Part shown: positions 56,650 through 64,000 of the stretch, one piece after another
Layout of the letters: every line of letters starts with the position of its first letter
Position numbering within the stretch: position 1 is the first letter of the stretch
DNA from: the human T2T-CHM13v2.0 reference genome, Homo sapiens
DNA length: 64,000 bases
Direction: 5' to 3'
Assembly (NCBI GenBank): GCA_009914755.4
Contig: CP068257.2
Location: 33,120,001 to 33,184,000 of the forward strand
Notes under the pieces: generated by a model
Databases searched by the model: none
What the model was told of the DNA's origin: nothing
The model's input: only the letters and a program-made list of their open reading frames with translations
Program-made: the position numbers and the translations under genes

Positions 56650-59600
56650 TGACCCTCTATTTGATCAATATATTAATATACCAATAATATAAATTAATCT
56701 GTGATATTAATATAGCAGATGATAATTTGACACTAATGTAAAGGATGCACAAATATGTTACTACTAACACAATATGTTATACATAATATATATCCTAACA
56801 ATATTAATATATAATAATACATTACACATAGTATTTAGGTTGAATGATAGAAAATTGCCATTTTTATAGGCCTTCGACAGTTGAAAAATTGATAATTTCC
56901 TAGTATTTAAGCGAATGCATGGCTCAGTAGCAACTGCTGAGCGAATGTCAGGGAATACCATTACCACTCCTCCTCTCCATATCTACTTTCATACTAGTTC
57001 CACAATTTTAGAAACAGTACTGCCTTGAGTTCACCTGGTATTCTCTATTATGCACTTCACTAGTTTGTTAACACAAGTAGATGTAGGACCTTGATTTATC
57101 TACTCTGTTTTTTGCACATGTGGAAATTTTACCAGAAATTGTAAAGCTTTGTCTCTAAAACTCACTTTGTTACGACTGTACATTATTTTGTTAGGATTAT
57201 GGATTTACAGTTTCACCAACTGGCTTTAGGGCTGTCCTGTGGTTCACTGGCTCTCTCTGCATTTTTCTTACCTACAGGCCGCCCTTGGGAACTACGGAGG
57301 ATTTGTGTATTAGGCAGGGTTCCCTATATCTGTAGATCAGAGTTTCTCAACTGTTGACACTGTTGACATTTTGGGCCAGATCATGATTTGCTGGGGTGGA
57401 GGGGGCTGTCTCGTTCATCGTAGGATGTGTGGCAGCATCTCTGCTTTACCCATTAGGTGTTAGTAGCATCGCCCGCCCCTCTTGTGACAACTCAGAATGT
57501 CTCCAGACATTGCCAGATATCCTGCGGGTGGGGTGACGGAAGCAAAGTCACCCCAGCTGAGAACCACCACTGCAGATGTAGAAGGGCACCCTGGAGAAGT
57601 TCAGGTTCCTTAGAATTATTCATTAAATGACCAGGCTAGGACTCTCCTCTTTATATCAGCAAATCCACAGACAGCAACAAACAGTAGAAACATGAATTCA
57701 TTGTTTTAAAATGTGAAGTTCTCAGATCAACACACAAAATAACTCTTAAGCTCAGATGGCATGTGGCCTGTGTCCTTTTGAGTTCAGGCTGATAGAGAAA
57801 GTCGACAGAGCCAAAAGCTTGCTCTGAAAGGAAAGCTACCAAGGTGGATTAATCTGTTTTTGGAAGGCAGCGGCAGTTGATCAACTTCCTCATATTTCAA
57901 GCCTATTATTCCAGCAGGGAGAGCTAGTGTGTTTTCTCTCTCTCTCGCTCGCTCTCTCGTCTCTTCCACACCCCATCCTCCCTCCCTCTAATGGCCTTTT
58001 ATTGCTCTAACACATTTTTAAAAATGAACTCCTCTGTACCTTTGGGGTGAATGTGATGAGGGGATACACTCCTCATCAGAGGTAATTAAAGTTTATAGAA
58101 ACAGCCCAAGTCTGTAGCAGATCCCTTCACTAATGAGGAAACCAGGAGTCTGACTTTCAAACAAACACTCCTGTTAATCTTTTCAAAGCCAGGCAGACAT
58201 GTGGGCAGGGAAAACGTTGTAAACGGACAGTGGTTCTGAGGCTGCCCTTCCTTGGCCACACTCTAGTCATTCTCGAGCCAGGCCACACCTCATTCCACAG
58301 GGTTCATCCCTGCCCGCTCTTTGGGGCCATCTGTGAGCAAGCCCTGTGTCACTTGTTTTTGCTGACATGGAGAGCTGTGACATGTTTGAGAGTTAACAGG
58401 AAGCTTTACTCCATTTTTCCATTTAGATTTATAGAGTCTACGGAGAAGCTGGGACAGGAGGAAAAGCATTAGGCAAATACAGTCAGTTTGTTGTCATCTG
58501 ATGCAATACTCTGGACACAAATAAATGACTCTGCCCATTATTCCTCTTGCTTCATTTGCCCTGAGACAAAAAGGTGAATCCACTGGAAAATGAACGAAAG
58601 GTCACCCTGTTTTACAGCAATGTCTGGACATGCTCTGCCAGTAGGTTCCAACTACTACATGGTAATGTGGTGATGGTACCAAGTTACTGGAATCCAGAGT
58701 GAGTCCGTGATTTGTCATGGACATAAGTACTGGAATGATGTTATGGTCTCAGCTGTTGGGGGAAAATAGTTCTTTCACTTGTGAGGAGAACATCCAAAAG
58801 AAAGAGCTGCAATGCTGCCTGTGATCCTTCTTCTATGTACACATGAGCAACGTCATACTACAAAAGACCATCCATTTGGTCAAACTATCTTTTTTACACA
58901 CATTTTGATAATACAATATCTTAGGCCTTCTAGATATGCTCAGATTCAAATGCTATATTCAAATGTTGGTTTTCATCTTTGTGTCTTGTCTCAGATCCCT
59001 TATTCAAACCCATCAGTCTGCGCAGTTCACCCATCCAGCTGTAGCTCTTCTGTCCTTTTGGCTGGCCTGGTGTCCCCTGATTCAGCAGAAGTGTGGGGGG
59101 AGTTGGGATCCCCTGATATTCACAGAGAGTTTTTAAGAGTAGGAAATCTGGGGCTTAGGAGGTCCAGGTATTTTGGTTGGAAGTGTTTTCCCATTGATGG
59201 GGCTAAATATTTGCCATGACAGCTCAAGTCTTCGCTCTCCAGCTTGACATGGATGAAAGCAGCCTCGCTACAGGGCCCCTCCTACTGCCCCCAGAGGATT
59301 AAACAACCTGAGCAGGTAATGGCTGCCTTAAAAGGAGCTTTTGCATGACTCAGATTAATGCATGCTGTCTGTCGCCCAGGTTGGCAGCTAAACATTAATT
59401 TTTTTTGAAAAAGAAAAAAAAAAGTAAACCTCTAGATGACAACTCTTTTCAGACAAGGTGTGGAGTCTGTCTGCAAAGGATAGAGAGAGAGAGACAGACA
59501 GAGTCCAAGTCCCCAGCGCAGAAGGAAGCCCAGGTGGGGCTGGGGCCGGGAAGAGGGGCAGAGCACAAAGCTGTCGGGCTGGATTAAAAGGCAAAGCAGC

Positions 59601-61157
59601 CACAGAGCAGTGTCAGGTTCTCAAAGCTGTCGGCCAGGCAGCCACTTTCCTTTTATGTATTCCACCCCCCTCCTGCCTCCAGGTTTATGACAACACTTTT
59701 CAGGCCTGTGCTCCAGGCTTGATTTCTCAGAGGGAGTTCTGCCAAATTGAAGAGCAGTCTCCCATACTGTTCTATGCCACTGTGAAAGCTCATCTGGAAT
59801 TCTGTCCTCCCTCCAAAAAGAAAAGAATCATTCTTGGGTTCTGAAATGAGGCATGGTTTTTATCTACTTCACACTCCCATGCCATAAAATGTTCTCTCTT
59901 ACTCCTTGGGTGATTGAAGTCCAGGATATTCACAAATGTAACTGTGATATGGGACTTTGGAGTGCACATGTTACTCATTCCTTTTATTTAAAAAGTCACC
60001 CTACCATCTGAACACCAGTCAGCTGGAGGAGTTGGCCCCTAGGGTTCTTGGACTATAAGGTGCTGATCTTGGGTGATGACCAAGTCAAAAGACTTATGTA
60101 ATAAATTCCAAAGGATAGACCCATAGCAGGAACATTTGAAGGAGAACAGGCATTATTTCAGGTGAAGACCGTAGCCGGTGTGCAGAGGGGTGCCCTGAGA
60201 ACAATCAGTAAAAGCTGACAAGTGCCTTTGTTCTTGAGGGATAAGCTTCTAGAAACCACAAGCTAAACAAGATGCCAAGATACCTGTGCTACTCTCAATG
60301 CCTTGGAGCAGAATGTACCATGAAAATATTGGCATTAATGGCCAAAAGTAATGTGAAAACCAAGCACTTAAGTTGGTTTTCCTATTTTACTGTACCACCC
60401 AAGAACACTGGAAGGCAGTGGTTCTCACCTGGGGACAGTTTTGCCCCTTGGGAAATTTGGCAATGTCTGGAAACATTTTTTATTGTCCTAACTGGGGTGA
60501 GGGGGATGCTATTGGCATCTAGAGGCCAAGGATGCTGCTAAATATTCTCCGATGCTCAGGACAGACCCCCCCCAACAAAGAATTATTTGGCCCCAAATGT
60601 CAATAGTACTGCCGTTGTGAAGCTCTTAGAAGGCATTCTGTGAAGCTCTGAACAGCAGCTAAGGCATCTGGTGAAACCTGAAGTAATCACAACTGTCTGG
60701 AAAACACAACATTACACAACATTTAAAATGGCAGACATGACTCCACTGCCCCTGTGCCTGCCCCCTAATCTGCTATAATTTGATCCCAAGAGCTGAAAAG
60801 CAAGACCCGCCCCGTTCCCCCAACACACATGCGAGTGTGTTTGCAGGCATCATAACACTGAAGTTCTCTGAAGTATTTTCACAGTTTGGTGCAGCTCCAA
60901 TTTCAAAGCCCCAAACACTAAGTTTCTTCTTTTGCCTTCAACAAAGGAATTTTTCTCTGTAACTCTGATTTCCCTGCCCACGAGCAAAGGTGAGTGCCAA
61001 GCCCAAAGGGCTCATAGGTTAAATGACTAATACTTAATGAGCTCATATTAACAACAATTATGCTAACCATGACACCTGAGTTTTTCACGCTGTTCCTCTG
61101 GCCTCTGTATGAACAGCGCTTAGTTGGAATGTCTAATTTGGGGTATACAGTCGGTTC

Positions 61158-61477
61158 TCTATATCCGTGGGTTCTGCACCTGTTTAACCAACTGTAGATC
61201 AAAAATATTATTAAAAAAAAGGATGGTTGTGTCTGTATTAGACATATACAGACTTTTCTTCTTGTCATTCCCTAAACAATGCAGTATAACAAGTATTTAC
61301 ATAGCATTTACATTTTATTAGGTATTACGAGTAATCTAGGGATGATTTAAATACATGGGAGGATATATATGTTATATATAAATATACCATTTTATATGAG
61401 GGACTTGAGCATCCATGGGTTTTGGTATCCATGGGGGGTCCTGGAACCAGTCCTCCATGGATACCAAGGGGCGGCTG
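61158..61477 (+). mobile_element. MER2-type non-autonomous Tigger2-derived DNA transposon (~320 bp) with TA target-site duplications, in RUNX1 intron.
   Basis: The left terminus is TA|CAGTCGGTTCTCTATATCCGTGGGTTCTGCACCTG. The right terminus is the revcomp CAGCCGCCCCTTGGTATCCATGGAGGACTGGTTCCAGGACCCCCATGGATACCAAAACCCATGGATGCTCAAGTCCC|TA. The two termini are inverted repeats of each other. Confidence 0.8.
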
Positions 61478-61836
61478 TATTTATTTCCCATTCCACATGT
61501 ACTCCCGTGTGCTGTCCATGTGATCTGTGAAAATTTACCACCACCGCATGGACCAGTCCCATTAGTCCAGAATTCATTTGGAATAATGAGTCCTAAAAGT
61601 TGAAAACTTTGGCTTTTTATATTGTTCTTAACCCTTCAGTCACCATCCTTTCTTGCCAAATGTGAACAACTTTAGATGTCTAAGGAACCTACTTCTCCAA
61701 GCCACTTCTGCCTTCACATCCACAATCTCTGCCTCTTATGTATCCAAGAAAATCAGTGCATGGGCATGGGACTCAGAGTAGAGATAGGTCACCTTTAAAC
61801 CATGTTTTACTCAATAATGTTCTGCCAACTCCTTCA

Positions 61837-62076
<240 letters not shown>

Positions 62077-64000
62077 TCAGAAAGGTCAATTATATGTAAA
62101 GTGGGGTGGGATTTAAAAAATGTCTTTTAATAAGAAATGAGTGGCCCTTGTTCAAATATGTCACATACATGTATGTGGCCTATGTACCAGGGTTTAATAA
62201 GCCTACTCAAGTCCAAGTATCTGCCTCTGTTGGATTATTTTCCCCCAAAAGAGACTGATTCTTGGAGATTTTCACCTGATAACTATTCCTTCCAAAGGTT
62301 TTATTTAATCATGCTAACAATGATGAGAGGAATGGATTACACTTTCAAGGTAGAAGTATTAATGTCCAGACTGTTGAACTGCAGCACTTGAGAACTTCAA
62401 GTATCATATGACTGCTGACATGATTTCAGCTTTGCCAATAATTACAATTATCATCATCAGAAACATTTTATAAACTCAGGGGATCACCTGTCTGTGTTCG
62501 GTAAGAACGTAGAGTTTTGGGCTTTTTTTTTATACCTTTACCTTTGGCAAAAAGTATTCCATGGGCTGGTAAATGTTTTATAGTAAGGCGAATTCTCTCC
62601 CAAGGATGACAGGAAAGAAGGTCTGGCTGGGAAACCGGCAATGAGGTCTAATGACTAGTTCACAAACCCAGCAGTAGAACTGGCCCTATCAACCCAAGCC
62701 TTCTGTTCCTTTTCAGGACTTCGAGTTTGCAACTTTTAAAAGTCAGAGTTTTTAGCAGGTATTTTATAGATTGCCATTATAAGAGGCCTGGGATAGAGAA
62801 GAGACAAAAGTCTGACTTCAAAAGATTTAGACAAAGTGGATTTTGTCAATTTGACTCCAGCGTTCAAAGGAGTCTTAATTTTCAAAAGCATCATACTGTT
62901 TGCAGATGAAAAGGGGAGGAAAACCAACGCTATTCTTAGGCAAATGTGTAAGGAAACTTAAATTGGACACTGTCCCACTAGAAGACAGTTTTACATTTCT
63001 TTGGAGTTAAACATTAATTTTCTCTTTATGTCCCAACTTTGTGGACAAAGATAACAGTGAACTACCGTAACTCCCAAGGGTCTTCATAGCCAGAGCTTCA
63101 TGATCCTGCAGGTAGCAGTGTAGGAAGAGCAGACTTCTTTAGGAAAATACTGGGTATAAGTTTTGTATAGGTCAGGACATAAAGAAATGAGCTATTTCTG
63201 CTCATTATAAAATATTCAGATCTGCTTCCTCCAGGGGCTTTTCATTTCCAGCAGTTCAAGTTTGCCTTTCTGTTTATCTCTTTGAAGCTGCCACAGTGGA
63301 TAACAGAATCAGACATTTGGAGACCCAAGTCTTCCTCCCCAGTATTCTCCTGACAGCCTCCCTCCCTCCCTCATACTGATTCATTTCTTTCTTTTTTGTG
63401 TGTGAGTGAAAATAACTGATTTTTTAAGTTTAAAAAACCTGGTAGTTCCCAGGCAAATAGTTTAACTTGGAATCTTTGAAATCTAATATTAAAGAAAGGT
63501 CTTCATTTTATTCCAAATTTTAGAGGATTTAAAGAGCTGGCAAGGAACAAAAGGAGCTGGTCCATTTTAAACTCAGCAGAAAATAAATGTTCAACCTTGG
63601 CTGAAGCTCCTGTGTAATCTTACAGCTAACAGTGTTTCCAATGACTAAAGGCAAACAGAAATAGCAGACGGTTCAATATCCCCATGCTACTGCAAGTATT
63701 TTGCTCCAAGTGAAAAAAAAATCATATACTTAGATATTTTGTATAAGACATGCGTATATACTAGATACACACATTTACTAAGTGAATATATAGTACTCCA
63801 ATACTTTAATCATTTTAAAAGCAAACAAAAGAGGTTTCAGAACTGTCATAAAGCCCCCCGGGGTGTGAACTGCAGTACAGTAATTCACGCCTTGTTGTGT
63901 AGACAGCCTCACACCTCTAACCCCATGTCTAAAGCCACACTAAGCATAAAGTACTATGCCATGATTCATGCTCCGTCATGTTTTACTGTAGTGAAAAAGT

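Overview
This window is human (primate) nuclear DNA, not prokaryotic. It contains about 19 Alu copies, MIR, THE1/MST MaLR LTRs, an L1 fragment, Tigger/MER DNA transposons and many microsatellites. Nearly all ORFs in the six-frame track are spurious; they come from translating repeats or GC-rich sequence. The one strong protein-coding signal is on the minus strand. A 162-bp exon (61905..62066) and a terminal coding exon (54740..55215) together encode the C-terminus of RUNX1/AML1, a RUNX transcription factor. It ends in the diagnostic VWRPY Groucho/TLE-binding motif followed by TGA. Both exons have canonical AG acceptors and GT donors with matching codon phase. The window therefore covers the 3' end of RUNX1 (chr21q22.12, gene on the minus strand). 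Positions ~1-50.4 kb are 3'-flanking intergenic DNA. Positions ~50.4-54.7 kb are the ~4.3-kb 3'UTR. A CpG island sits at ~54.4-55.3 kb. The ~6.7-kb last intron (55216-61904) holds a GC-rich ~34-bp minisatellite next to the terminal exon's acceptor and a MER2-type element. The last 2 kb of the window is the upstream intron. I see no novel 'system', only an ordinary vertebrate gene end plus transposable-element and tandem-repeat structure. The gene identification rests on my recall of the RUNX1 protein sequence and has not been checked against a database.
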